This document shows positions 51,050-64,000 of a DNA stretch of 64,000 nt, piece after piece. The stretch spans positions 1,984,001-2,048,000 of the forward strand of contig NC_043021.1 in NCBI RefSeq assembly GCF_006345805.1, given 5' to 3'. Position 1 is the first letter of the stretch; every line of letters starts with the position of its first letter. The DNA is from Octopus sinensis. Taxonomy: Eukaryota. Made by a program: the position numbers and the translations under genes. Below the pieces are notes generated by a model. The model saw only the letters and a program-made list of their open reading frames with translations, was not told where the DNA came from and did no database searches.

Positions 51050-52150
51050 GTAACATAATTAGCCTATCCTGCACATATCTACATGAAGAGGCCACTCTCT
51101 GCTATTGTTCTTGATCGGTTGCATCTGTTCCTTTTTCCCAGCATCTGTTGACATCCTTTCGGTCTTGTGGCCCTTGGTCTTCTCTCTCTTCTTTTTTCTT
51201 GTGGCAACCATTCGCATGTTTGTTGTGTCACTGTCACTTGGAGACTTTATCATGACATTCTTTTTAAGACTTTTTTGTTTCTGATGGTCTGACATTCTCC
51301 AGATTTTCCTCAAAGACTTTCGGAAGACTACCATCTTTTTCCTAGTTCTTGTTTCACTTGCATGTAGCATCCACCATAGGTAGTACAGTGCTATTGTACA
51401 ATGGTTGACCTCTTTTCAGGCTAGATTTTATACATTCATTGAAATGCTCTTGCCATCTTCCCAATTCTACTTTTAACATTAGTTTCAGTGTCTCTGCCAC
51501 CACACAGAGAATGGTGCTTTAGCATTTTCCAGCATACAAGCTGATGTATATTGTGTAAACATTTAAATTCTGCTAGCTTTCCAAATCCCGTTGCATTTCA
51601 CATGGAATTTTTGGTCTTCCACAATTGTCATAGTGTGAAAGTTGACCTACCACTTTTGATCTGAAAAATTTGACTTGTAAGCAGACAAAAAAATACAGTA
51701 TACAAATTGGTTCAGGTCTTTACCAGTGAGTTGGTACCCTCACATTTGGCTGATCTCCATGCTTTTGTCTTAGTATATATTTTTAGTCCCGGTTTTCTAT
51801 GCCACTACTCTCAGGTGGTGAGTTAGATCTTTTTATATTGACTCTGGCTGCTGCCAACAGTGTAATATCATTTGCAGAGTTTAGACAAGGCAGTTATCTC
51901 TGATCTCTCTACTGGATGCTGCTTTCTTTTTGTTGATTGTGTTCTGTCATTTTCCTGATGAAATCCATGGTTAGTAGTAAGAGGAATGGTGATAAAATGT
52001 ATCCCTGGTGAATCTCCAGTGGTGATGTCAAAGTATCCAGTAAAAACTCTGTCAATATAACATACTTAATGTATTTGTATAATTGAAATTCTAGAAGCTG
52101 AGATTTTCATTCAGGAAAAATTCCTGATTAGGATTTCCTGTGTTAAAAAT
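51050..52150 (-). pseudogene. Decayed RTE-type LINE reverse transcriptase
   Basis: Minus-strand fragments SANDITLLAA (FADD motif region), a degenerate QG..LSP region near 52000, and MLHASETRT...VFRKSLRKIWRMSDH (RTE C-terminal LLYGxETW...RRI motif). Confidence 0.7.
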
Positions 52151-55100
52151 ACTTCAAAGCTAGACAGAACGAAATTGCCCCAGAAACATGTTGTATAATT
52201 CAAATAATAGTTTCTAATATTTCTGTTTTTGTTTTTTTGTTTTTTCCTTCACACAACAACAACTGGACTTAAATCTCTCTAAAGATTTACTCTGGGATCC
52301 CATAAGGTTTTGTGATTCTTCTCACTCTCAAATACTCTTGAATGACTGTTGGGACTGCTCACACCATCCATTGTTCTGTTAATTTGTTCACACCATACCT
52401 GTCTCTGTCTGAACCCTACCTCTATTCTTTCTTTTATCTTGTATCAATGACAACACAATGTTGCCATCATAGCATGCTACAAAAGACTTTCTCCTCCTCG
52501 GCTGACGACAACGTAACTCTGCTCCACTTGTTTAATGGACTGTGTTTCCTTTCTTTGGCTGTTTGTTGCGTCTCATTGTTACTCTTCTGGGGAAACAGTG
52601 TTGCTGCTAGCAGCTGTTTAGTAATTTGTAACTGATGTTACAGTACTTCATCTTCTGTGCTTCAGCAGCTCAATTATCATGATTAAATTGACAAATATAT
52701 AAATAAAATACTTTCACACAGTTCATTTATTGGTAAAAAAAAAACAACAAAAAAACCTGAACTGTTTTGCTATGTGGCTGCCTGATGAAGTGAGAGTAAC
52801 TGTTAGTGAATTGCAAGTCTTAAGGGTTTGGTATCAGTCTTGTGGTGGTGCTGAGTGATCCGAGCAGCTCAGTCCTGATCTGATTGGTAATCAATGTAAA
52901 TTTGCTGGCAGTAAAAAAAAATTATCGTTGTGAATGGTGGCTCATAATTATGGTTAAATAGGTGTGGTTGTGTGGTAATAAGTTTGTTTCTCAGTCATGT
53001 AGTCTCGGTCCCACTGCGAGGCACCTGGGACAAGTGGCTTCTACTATGGTTCCGGGTTGACCAAAGCCTTGTGAGTGGATTTGGTTGACAAAATTTGTTG
53101 AAAGATGCCGACCATGTATATAGATGCGAATGTGTTACTTTTTCCTTGCCTTGACTTCATGTGGCAGTTGTAAATGAGTTTCACTGCCATGCAAGCAGTG
53201 TGTTTATTTGCAAATCTTCTGTGACCATGTCTGGTCATTGGGAATATTATCTTGCTTGGAAATGAGTGGCAGCAGGAAGGACATCTGTCTGATCCCTGCT
53301 AGCGTGGGAAAGTAGACTTTAACCTAGGATGGTTAAAATGGATTAGTAGTTTGACAAAAAGAAATTACTAAAGTACCAGATTGAGGTAGTCAGTACTATT
53401 GACTAAATCTTTGAAGGCAATTGTCTCAATCTAATGACTGAAACCATTAAAAGACAAAGGTTTTGGTTCTGTGGTAGCAAGCCTGACAAATCAGATACTG
53501 TTTTTTATTTCCAATTGCCCCCTCTGTTGTATTTTGTTAGCTTTTTGTTTCTCCCTCCTTTACAAATTAAAGCATTTAAAAATATATTTTTACTGAAATA
53601 TTTTTTTCCTTTCTATTTGACAAATGATTATTTTCAAGCAATACATTTGGTCATTTGTTAGAGTGTAAGTGTTGGATGTCAGCGCAGTCTTTCAGCAAAA
53701 CTACTTCTCAATATCCATGAAGAAGGAGTGAAGCTAATTTTGTGTTCTTTGAAAATGAGTATTTCTTGTGTGGTGATTGACTGCTTTCTCTTAAGTTGAG
53801 AGTTGTTAATTGTTCAATAAAATTGTTAGTATCATTACTTCTTATGACAGTTTATACAATTTCAGTATAAATGGTTCTGTTTCTCAAAAAATTTAGCTCA
53901 ACACCTTCTCTATTGTTATCAACTTCTCTGGAATTCAAACACTGCTTACAACTGTTTAGACATTTTTTGCAAGTATCCTTGATCTTCCCAGTGAATACCT
54001 CCTTCTTAATTTGGTTCCCCACAAAATATTCAAATTTGCTCCTGATTGTAACTACTACTGAGTTATTTCTTAAATGGTGTCCACATTAAACCGATGAACA
54101 AGGTTTTTGCAAAACACCTGTTTGCCACTTGGAGACAAATAGGCAATTAAATCTCAGGATCTCTTTCTTCAAGCCAAGAAACTTACTGGCTAAAGAATGT
54201 AGCTTAAAGGTAGTTTTTGTGGAACTATTAACAAAACCTTCAATAAAGGATGTTTTTATTTCTGGAATAACGTCAACAGGTCTAAGACTTGGACTATTTA
54301 ATAGTAAAACGCTAGATTTGGAAAGCAGTTTTAGAAGCCATAGCATTGGGCTTTTCACTAATTAGTGCCAGCATTTATTGTCAAGATGTCTTCATAACCA
54401 TTGCTACAGTCACACAGCTACACAATAAGTGGGAACCTCTCTCAGCAGCTGCTTCCCAGAAGTATTTGATGGGTGGAAATGCCCCCTCCCCCACACACTT
54501 GAAGGAAAAACTCTTTTTCCTATGCTTTGTAAATCCTGTACTAAATACTTAGGCCACCAATATAAACCAATTGAACTATATGTATTTATTTTTTCTGCTT
54601 TATTAATTTCTTCTGTTGTCTTGTACACTCACTGATGTTGTAATTAACCGTTAATCAATGAGTTTTTGGTTGACATTGGAAGTGCTGACATTGCAAAGTG
54701 GAATGATTTAGTCATTAAACTATTCAAAGGCAACTTGATGTGTTCTACACAGCTTTGTTCTTGAATTATGGGAGTATTAGAAGTTGATATTAGTTATGCC
54801 CTCTCTCTCTCTCTCTCTGCTCAGATCAAATACTGGGACAGTTTCATGATCAAGCAATCTTCTGTGCTATTTAAATTTAATGACCCAGAAGCCCTCCTGT
54901 CCTCCTTGGTGCTGGCAAACATTGCTTGCCTAAGAATTTCACCAGTTATACTCTTTACGAAATGTAATTGTCTGTTGCCATATCAGCTTGAAGGTACTCT
55001 ATGAATGATTGTGATGAAATTATAAAGCAAGAAATAAATTGCCCAGCCTAAGAAGGCATCCTAAAATCCAGTAACTCGCTGTGGAGAGCTTAGGTCATAA

Positions 55101-56469
55101 AAAAAAACAAACAAAAAAGTGAAAGTTGTAAATGATAGCTTTTCATTGATTTCTCAGCCACTATCGACATTCTTGTTCTTCTTGATGCTGTTCCAGTGTC
55201 TATCATTGATGATTTAATATATATGCTATAATGCAACAAACATATCTTCCTATTTTGGCAAGGTCAACATGAAACAACCACTGGTGATTATTAAAGACTG
55301 TCCTTCTACTGCTTTTTAAACCTTGGAACTATTCTCTCAGTATACAAAACTCCCATTTGGCTTTATGAATATTCTGGCATGTTTTCAACAAGTGATGAAC
55401 TGAATTATCTCCTGGAATAAACTTGATTTAGCATGACATCATTGTATGGAGTAACTCTTAGGAAGATCCCAGCTGAAATCTGAAGGCATTTCTGTTGAAA
55501 AGATCATTGGATTGCCAGTCTGTTACAGTGAATGGGTGACATGTTTTTTCAGAAAAAGAAAGCCCCTTAACGAAATCTGCTACTTTCCCAATTCCCTTAT
55601 TACCTTATTTTATTACCTATTATTTCATTCTCATTGTGAATCAACAGAAAATTTGATTTACGATTAATCTTGTTAATGCAAGACAAAATACTATATTAGA
55701 GAATCCTTTGTTTTTTTTATATAGTTTGAATGTGGCCAATGCCAGTGCCGCTTTGACTAGTTGCCATGCTGGTAGCACGTAAAAAGTGCCATTCAATCGT
55801 GGTTGATGCCAGCTCCAGTGGCACATAAAAAAACCACCCATTACATTCTCAAAGTGGTTGGCCTTAGGAAGGGCATCCAGCTGTAGAAACTTTGCCAGAT
55901 CAGATTGGGGCCTGGTGCAGCCTCCTGGCTTCCCAGACCCCAGTTGAATCGTCCAGCCCATACCAGCATGGAAAATGATGATGATGATAAACAATTTTTA
56001 TTGATGTAGAAAAGAATATGTTAATGCCTTGTCTGAAATATACTGTTCTACTCAAACCAGATTATAGATTTTTTCCAATGTGTTTATGATGGAGTCACCT
56101 TGGGGGTGAGATGGTGGTTGTTGCATTATGTAAAGGAGATCAAAATTTTCCTTTTTAATTAAGGATGTTCATAAAAACCCATTTAGGACGGCAGAATTTG
56201 TTCCACACTGAAACTTACACTTTACAGTATGGTCAGTCAACACCATAACCCCTTCAGCATTTAAACTGACCAAATATCTGGCCCAGACATTCAGCCTGTT
56301 TCATGTTCAAACTGGCCAGGTTCGGTCTTTTACACCAACCCTATGTCATTCTACAAATAGTTGCATCATTGAAATCTCAAAGCTATGGGATAATGCATAA
56401 CTAATTCAAGACATTGAGAATAAATAAGCATTTGGTAGCGTAATCTGATTGCTCAGCAAATGTTCCTCA

Positions 56470-57150
56470 GTCTGTGGAAATGTACCTTTTTGGATTTTGT
56501 GAGACTTTGGTGTCTTGAAACCAGCTTTATTTATGCGTGTGTTTACGTTGCTTTCACAGCTGGAGATTTTACTACCTTGATAAGTCAATTCTTCTCTGCA
56601 GTTGAGCAGTGTGCTAGATACTGCTTTGATTGTTCCATTTTGATTTAAGCTTATGTATTTTGTTTTGTCAGAGCTAACATGTACACTGATACTTTCGGCT
56701 GAATGTTCAAGTCTATCGAGATGGGTTTTTGCCTGGCTTATTAGATCAGAAAGTAGCACAAAATCATCAGCATCGTCTGCATCTGTGATTTTTGTGGTAG
56801 GATATCTATTGGTCGTTCGTGGATGTGGTGTGAATCCATTGTCTTTAATGGTACCGATAGAAGTTCTGAGAATAATCCAAGCAAATGAAGATATAGGGTG
56901 TTAAGTGTCATCTTGTAAAACTCTTGCAACAATTTCAAAGAAATTTGTATTGCCATCTGGAGAGTGTACCATTGAATATGTGTTTTTGTAGAGCATCATA
57001 ATTGTTTTCATAAGTAGCTTTTGGTGAAGACTAATCAATTCTTGTATTAACCTATTTGTATTTCCCAATGTGGATATTGCCTCTTCAGACATTGTTTGGG
57101 GTCTGAAAGAACTATTTTCTCTAGCTGGCACTTCCTCAGCTGTCTGCATT
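56470..57150 (-). pseudogene. Decayed RTE-type LINE reverse transcriptase
   Basis: YKNTYSMVHSPDGNTNFFEIVARVLQDDT, DADDADDFVLLSD and KTKYISLNQ..LTYQGSKI match RT motifs (GVLQGDTL, YADD, KYLGS). Truncated by a piggyBac-type MITE at 56246-56455. Confidence 0.8.
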
Positions 57151-58482
57151 AACAGAAATCTCAGTTTGTGTTGAAGTGGGAAATTCCCTAAAACAATGAA
57201 TTGTGCAAAACACCATTGGAATGGTGTTCTATTTACAATGCAGTACTTGATTCAGTCTCTGCTACAAATGAGACTCTGATAATTTATTTTTGTCTTTTTC
57301 TTTTAGATGCTATTTTCCAGTTGGTATCTCCTGATCCTTCCTTAACAAAACAAAACAAAACAAACCAAAACAATCATAATGGCCAACATATATTTAGGGG
57401 AAGACAGTTAATTTGGTGGAGTAGGGCTTACCAAATCTTAATTTTAGTAACACTTCTGGCTCCCATTCTTTGTTCCCAGAGGGAGATATTCTCAGTAGTC
57501 TGTGGATTGAAATTATTTCACCAAGCTCTCCATGCCTATCACCTCTATTAGTCACTGGAAATACTTGATTATTGATTTATTTAGCAAACTTAAAGGAGGT
57601 TGAATGTTATATTGTATTCTTTATTTAATAATTTATGTATTGTGTAGTGGGTGAGTTCTTTATTTAAGCTTGAATTTGGGTCGTATTTATAATCATCATT
57701 TAATGTCTGCTTTCTATGCTGGCATGGGTGGGACGGTTTGATAAGAGCCTGCACCAGTCTTCTGTAACTGTTTTGGCAGGATTTTTACAACTGAATGCCC
57801 TTCCTAACACTAACCACTCAGCAGAGTGGACTTAGTGCTTTTTACGTGGCACAAGCAAGGTCAGTTTTAGTACAATTTTTACAGCTGGATACCCTTCCAA
57901 ATGCCAACCATTTTACAGTGTGGACTGGGTACTTTTATGTGGCACCTGCACTGACAGGGTCACAAAGTACTCGGAAGACCAAAAAAAAATCCTTTTGAGG
58001 GGGAAGGGGGCATTGGCAGAGGTGATTTTGTGTCAGATGAAAGATTATGAGACAAAGAGACAGAAAAAAGTGTCTTGCCATAGAGGCACAAGGTTACCTG
58101 GTCAGAGAGAGATCAGGAATGAAGACAGAAACAGGTGCGCTGCCGCAAAGGAAATACATGCAGGAGAGAGAGAGAGAGAGTGGGAGACAGCAGGATAGAG
58201 ATGGTGGCAAAGTGCCAGGCATATTCACAAAGGAGGGGATCAGAATATAAATGGAATGGTTGAGTAAAGGAAGAGAGAGATATAGATGGTGGCAAGTGCC
58301 AGGGCATACCTTTGAGGTTCAAACACCAATATAAGTGGGAGGATATTGCGAATGAATTGTGAGTTGTTGAATATTGTCTGAAGTGTAGTGGTCATTACTC
58401 GGGACAATGTGCTTTGCTTAGTTACATCGAAATAGTTGCAATAGGGTTTGAGTTTTCCACAGACCACTGTGGTCACTGTAAT

Positions 58483-58878
58483 CAGTGGCGTTGCTGGGGC
58501 AAGCTACAACGCCCCCTTCCCCCTTACAAAATCTATGATATTATATTATAATTATTAGAAAGTAATTAATGTTTTAAAGCAATATTTTAGGGATGAATAC
58601 TTTAACAGGGTTCATTTACCTGCCAGTTTGGTACCATCTGTAATCCAAAATATGGTTTTTGAATGTTTACTTTTACGAAACCCTATTTTAGCTGTTCAAT
58701 GCATCTGCTTCTCCAATTGAAACATTAAAAAATCTAATGTGTGAAATGAGATGTAATAAAAAAGAAAAATACAATACAATTGTTTAAAGTCTCATCATTC
58801 TCGCTTTTGATGAGGTGTCCCCCTCCCCCATCAACACTGGGGACACATGCCCCCTTGCTCCTCTCTAGTTACGCTATG
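58483..58878. mobile_element. hAT-type MITE with an 8-bp TSD
   Basis: ACTGTAAT flanks both sides (58475-58482 and 58879-58886); termini CAGTGGCGTTGCTGG / CTAGTTACGCTATG. Confidence 0.8.
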
Positions 58879-61800
58879 ACTGTAATCATAATTTGTGACT
58901 TTTTTTTAAACTAATGGAATGTTCTTTACTTTTCCTTCCTTTCCACCATTGGTAAAGGAACCATGTGTAGTTCTAGTAAAGGAAATAAGCCCCTAATTTT
59001 GAACACTAGTACATGTTGCTTTGATCCCTGACAACATCGCTTCTGATTCATTCTGGGTGTGACTGTCTTGCCTATCTTTGCCCCTTTCCAAACTGTGTAC
59101 ACAGAATGTATTCTCTCCTATTGGATGCTGTTTCTAGTGAATCAAGTGATTGCAAAGAGGCTTCCGCATTAGCTGCTCGGAAACTAGTGTTTTGAATTTG
59201 CTGGGACATTTATCTGATGGCTAGCTAATATTGTTACTTCTCACTCCCTCCGTAATAAATTTCAGTGGTGGGCTTTTCCTTAATTCTTCAATAAATCTTA
59301 AGCAAATCGACTTTATGCTAATATTTCTAATTGTTTGCTTAAAGTTTTGGCATTGCTCTGGTTTCTCTTTAGATTTACAATGTAATTGTCTTCATTAGGT
59401 CTGAATAATGTTTTAAAAGTAACCTTTTGATTCAAACCCAGGTGTCCTCTTTAACAAGGAGAAATTATTGCTTTCAAAAGAGCTTTTATACTATTGTGGC
59501 ATTCTTGCATCACACAAGCATTTCTTTTGTTAGTTCTACCTTTTCTTAAGTTGGTCATTCTTGATTGTTGCTCAGTCTGCTCAGAATAGCAGCTAAATTT
59601 TCCTCATGTCATACTCGGCAGTTTTTAGAAAGAAAAATAAAAGCATTGTGTAATATAGTTCTAGAAACTTCGTAGCCAATGTCTTGTGAGTGAATTTGGT
59701 AGACAAAAACTCTTGTGTGTGTGTGTGTGTGTGTTTCTTTCCCCCTACTTGACAACCAGTGTTGGTTTGTTCATGTCCCTCATAAGATAGTAGTTTGGCA
59801 AAAGTGACTGTTAGAATAAATACCAGAATTTAGAAAAATAGGTGCTTCAGCATGGTTGTAGTCCAATGACTGGAACAAGCAGATGATGAAAGGAGATACT
59901 GGATGGTCACAGCTGGAAAGTCCATGATCACAATCTACTTGATCAGGGTTAATTTGGGAATGAACAACCACCTCTTTCTTCACTCCTTATTGCCTAATTG
60001 TAACCCAGCAATAACTATCTCAGTGTGACCACAAGTCAGTGGGATTTGGATAGCCACTGTCTCTTCAGCTGAACCATGCCTGTCTTTTGCAGCAGAACAA
60101 ATACACACATATTGAACAGATCTGAAAGTGTGGAACATCGTAGATGAAATAATACTTGGAGAGCTGAAGGTGGTGAGCTGGCAGAAATGTTAGTATGCCA
60201 AGCAAAATGCTTAGCGGTTTTTCATCTGTTTTTACGTTCAAATTCTGCCAAGGTCAGCTTTGCCTTTCATCCTTTCGAGGTCAATAAATTAAGTATCAGT
60301 TGCGTACCGGGGTTGATCTAATCGACTGGGTCCCTCCCTCCAAATTTAGGGCTTTGTGCCTAGAGTAGAAAAAAAATACTTGGAGAGCTATTGTATTGCA
60401 GATGTTCAATCCATGGCCTCATGCTATTAAGACCATAAACACATGAACAAATTCTATGGAGCCTAATGTTTAATAAGGAAGCTAAAATTGAAGTAACTTC
60501 TGCTTTACCTCTGTTGATTAAATAGTTATTGTCACAGATCATCCCTGGTTGAGCAGACACACATTGGCATCACTTAAAGACAAGAGTATACTAATACGCA
60601 TACAACACCAATTTTCTGTAACATTTGGTTCCAAGGGCTTTCCGAAATAACTGATCATTCCTGAATCAAGAATGGTCACTTCAGACAACACACTCAGAAC
60701 TAAATATCAGATTTACATAAATGAAATAAGTGATACAAGTTTATTAATACTGTACTGTGTAAGGTAATTAGTAAACTAGTTTGGTAGCCACAGGAATTTG
60801 AAGTTCCTGCTTGTAAGTTACTATGGATAATGAAGTAATCTGCACCATCATTGTCCAGAAAGTTGGTGTTGTACTGGTAATTAAATATTAATCCTATTTA
60901 ATGTTAATCCTATTTACATATGAATAGAAAGTCTTTTAAATATGAAAATTTTTATTTAGCCTAATATAAATACTGATAGTGTCAACAGCACTGCAAATTG
61001 AGTTTTAATTTTAGGCCATTTAAAACCTTTTTCTTTTTTTTTTTCTCTCCCCTCCAATAAAATATAATTGTGTATGATAAAGATGGTGAAAAATATAATT
61101 GTGTAGCATTGATAGTCGGTCAGGTAACTAAAATTTCTGAAAATGGAATTTCGTCTCCTAGGTATTGAAATCATATGTTTGATTACATTATTGTGAATTT
61201 CCTAAGACAGCGAGCTGGCAGAATCGTGAACATGCCGGACGAAATGCTTAGCGGTATTTCATCTGCCGCTATGTTCTGAGTTCAAATTTCGCCAAGGTCG
61301 ACTTTGCCTTTCATCCTTTCAGGGTCGATAAATTAAGTATCAGTTATGCACTGAGGTCGATGTAATCGACTTAATCCGTTTGTCTGTCCTTGTTTGTCCT
61401 CTCTGTGTTTAGCCCTTTGTGGGTAATAAAGAAATAGGTATTTAGTCTGTCTTTACATTCTGAGTTCGAATTCCACCAAGGTTGACTTTGCCTTTCATCC
61501 TTTCGGGATTGATAAATTAAGTACCAGTTGCGTACTAGGGTTGATTTAATCGACTGGCCCCCTCCCCCAAAATTTTGGACCTTGTACCTAGAGTAGAAAA
61601 GATTGTGAATTGCCTCTCTCTTTGTTTGTTAAATATAATCATTCTGTTAACTCAGTTTTTGGATTTCCTTTTTCAATGCTCATAGCAACTTGTTTCCATT
61701 GTGCAGATTTAAATATTGGGATTATATTGACCCCTACTATATTTGGACTGTTCCTGTTTTTGTCACTAATGAATTCCTTCATTATTCTTGCAATGTGTTT

Positions 61801-63422
61801 CTAGTTGTCATCATGCTAAAACAAAATCAATGTGTGGCCCATATCACTTTTGGCAATTGAAATTGACTTTTCCAAGACCTCCCTCTAAGTTGCATTGTTT
61901 ATGGTGCTCTTGATTTGATGTATGAGGCTGGCCTCCTTTTTTTGACAAACATCCTGAAAACCATAACCATTCCACCATCATGCTTAACTGTCAGATTTGT
62001 GCACTCTGGGCGAAATTCTCCTGTAAGACATGAAGGTTAACAAATTAAATTTTGATTAATCTTACAAGATTTGCGACCAGTTTGATAATGTCCAGTTCTT
62101 GTGCTGTTGAGGGAACTAATTATGGACGTCTCCTTTTTGTAGAGGATTTGTTTTCACATGTAACCTGTCTTACCAGCCAAAACCATTTTTACTTGATTGT
62201 TGATTGGTTGTGACACCAACTTGCTGATAGAAGTATTTTTGTTGGACATCTTATGAAAATGCCAGTGGTAGTCGTTTTCCTGATCTTCATCAACAAATGG
62301 TAGATATATTGATTTGCCCTTTCAGTAGTTTTTCCACGGCTGGTTTGACTGAAAAAAAGGTCACAATATTGCTGCCAGTTTTATCCAAGATCTTCACAGC
62401 AAAGTGAGCATCAGTTTCTAAGTCTTCAACTTCAACAGCTGTTAACTGGAAAATCCATTTAAAGTTTCTGCTGTCGGACAATTCTTGATGATATCATCAT
62501 TTAACGTCCGCTTTCCATGCTAGCATGGGTTGGACGATTTGACTGAGGTCTGGCGAACCAGACTCCAATCTGATCTAGCAGAGTTTCTACAGCTGGATGC
62601 CCTTCCTAACACTAACCACTCCGAGAGTGTAGTGGGTGCTTTTACGTGCCAGTTTGGTGGTACTGGCAACGGCCACACTCAAATGGTGCTTTTCACGTGC
62701 CACCTGCACAGGAGCCAGTCCAGCGGCACTGGCGATGACCTCGCTCGAATATTTCACATACCACCAGCACAAGTGCTAGTAAGGCGATGCGGTAACGATC
62801 ACACTTGAATTGTGTGCTTAACATTTTTGTTTACTCCTCACAAGAGATGATATAATGAAATAGTTGTTAATAGTTTGTCTTGTAAGTATAGTATTATCAT
62901 TATTTAGCATCTGCATTCCATACTGGCTTGGGTTGAACAATTTGATAGGATCCAGGGAGCCAGAGGACTGCATTGGTGTCTTCTTTGGCTTGATATCCTT
63001 CCTAATGCCAACCATTTTACAAAGTGTACTGGGTGCTTTTTTTCATGGCACCGGCACTAGTGAGATTACCAGTAGCTTGCGAGACGAGCCCTTGAAAGTG
63101 GCGTGTATACAGTATGGGAGAGGTAGCTTTGTGCCAGGTGTTGAGAGGACAGGAATATGGATTTTGCTGTAGAGGAGATGCATGGAAATTAAAATACTCT
63201 GTTCTAAAATGGTCTTCAATGAAGTGACTTTTCATTGTGTGACCTTAATAGGACAGCCAAAAATTGCATTATGCCATACTCTTTTGAATTATAATTGATT
63301 AGATAAACAGAAAGCAACATTTAATCATCAGCATTGTCATTAAAAACCAAACAATGTTATTTTAAAGTTATTTTTGTCATGACCATGTTGTTATATATCT
63401 AGGTTAACATTGACTAATGTAG

Positions 63423-63599
63423 TACGAGGGGGTGAGGCTGAAAAGTTCCTGGCTTTGGGTTAAGAAAATACAGGAAGATCAGTCGGTTATGATTTTATAC
63501 AACATATTCTTAGATTCATGCACTCAATACAGCAGTCCTTCAGATTTTCTAAGCCCTGTAAAAGGACTCAAAGGTTGGGCCAGGAACTTTTCAGCACCT
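63423..63599. mobile_element. Mariner-type MITE
   Basis: Starts TACGAGGGG; perfect 17-bp inverted repeat GCTGAAAAGTTCCTGGC (63437-63453) / GCCAGGAACTTTTCAGC (63579-63595). Confidence 0.7.
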
Positions 63600-64000
63600 G
63601 TCTTTTTTTTTTAAGTTGGTAGGCTGTGATTTGAGAGCATCTTGCTATTTTAGATTAAAAAGAGGGTTCCTTACAGGCTTGTGAATGATAAAAGTGGTTT
63701 CTGCATGATTATTTTAAAACTTTTTATTACAAATAATTCACTCGTGGATGACTTTTTTTTGATGTTGCATATACTTGCAACGTGTTTGCCTGTTTGAAAA
63801 TAGGTTAGAAATTCACTGTTCAATAACCAGTAATCAGTTGATATCCACTTGTAAAATATCTGCTCCTAGGATTAAAAATGCTTGATGTAGCACCAATAAC
63901 TTTATTCTTTATTCATGTAGCTAAAAGTGCTTTGGTGTATTGAATGAAAGATATTATTAGTACCACCAACACAGTACCATCTTGTATTATCTCCTGCTGC

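Noticed and set aside
53870-54450. Overlapping ORFs suggesting a transposase remnant
   Set aside because: No catalytic or family motif could be recognised in any frame.

Overview
AT-rich, microsatellite- and repeat-dense eukaryotic DNA. The SINE, MITE and Penelope families look like those of an octopus (coleoid cephalopod); that assignment is inference from recognising the repeats. Two conserved genes are only partly in the window and diverge head-to-head about 19 kb apart. CISD2-type CDGSH iron-sulfur gene: coding exon 1 on the minus strand (2321-2417); the rest lies left of the window. UBE2D-type ubiquitin-conjugating enzyme: plus strand, exon 1 at 21747-21770 and exon 2 at 45334-45397; exon 3 was not found before the window ends. 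Nearly all ORFs in the supplied track are microsatellite or SINE artefacts. The rest is tRNA-headed SINEs of at least three families, decayed LINE RT/APE pieces, a Penelope-like GIY-YIG remnant, a non-autonomous Helitron, and piggyBac-, mariner- and hAT-type MITEs. Most worth following up: (1) the CISD2-UBE2D divergent linkage, which matches human CISD2-UBE2D3; (2) palindromic elements carrying hammerhead-ribozyme-like cores at 17135-17264 and 49131-49590; (3) a CpG-retaining region with minus-strand splice signals between the two genes (10341-11950 and 20515-20880), suggesting an unrecognised transcription unit; (4) several fold-back repeat pairs that could form dsRNA; (5) a candidate poison exon in UBE2D intron 2. 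All coordinates were counted by hand and repeat boundaries are approximate.
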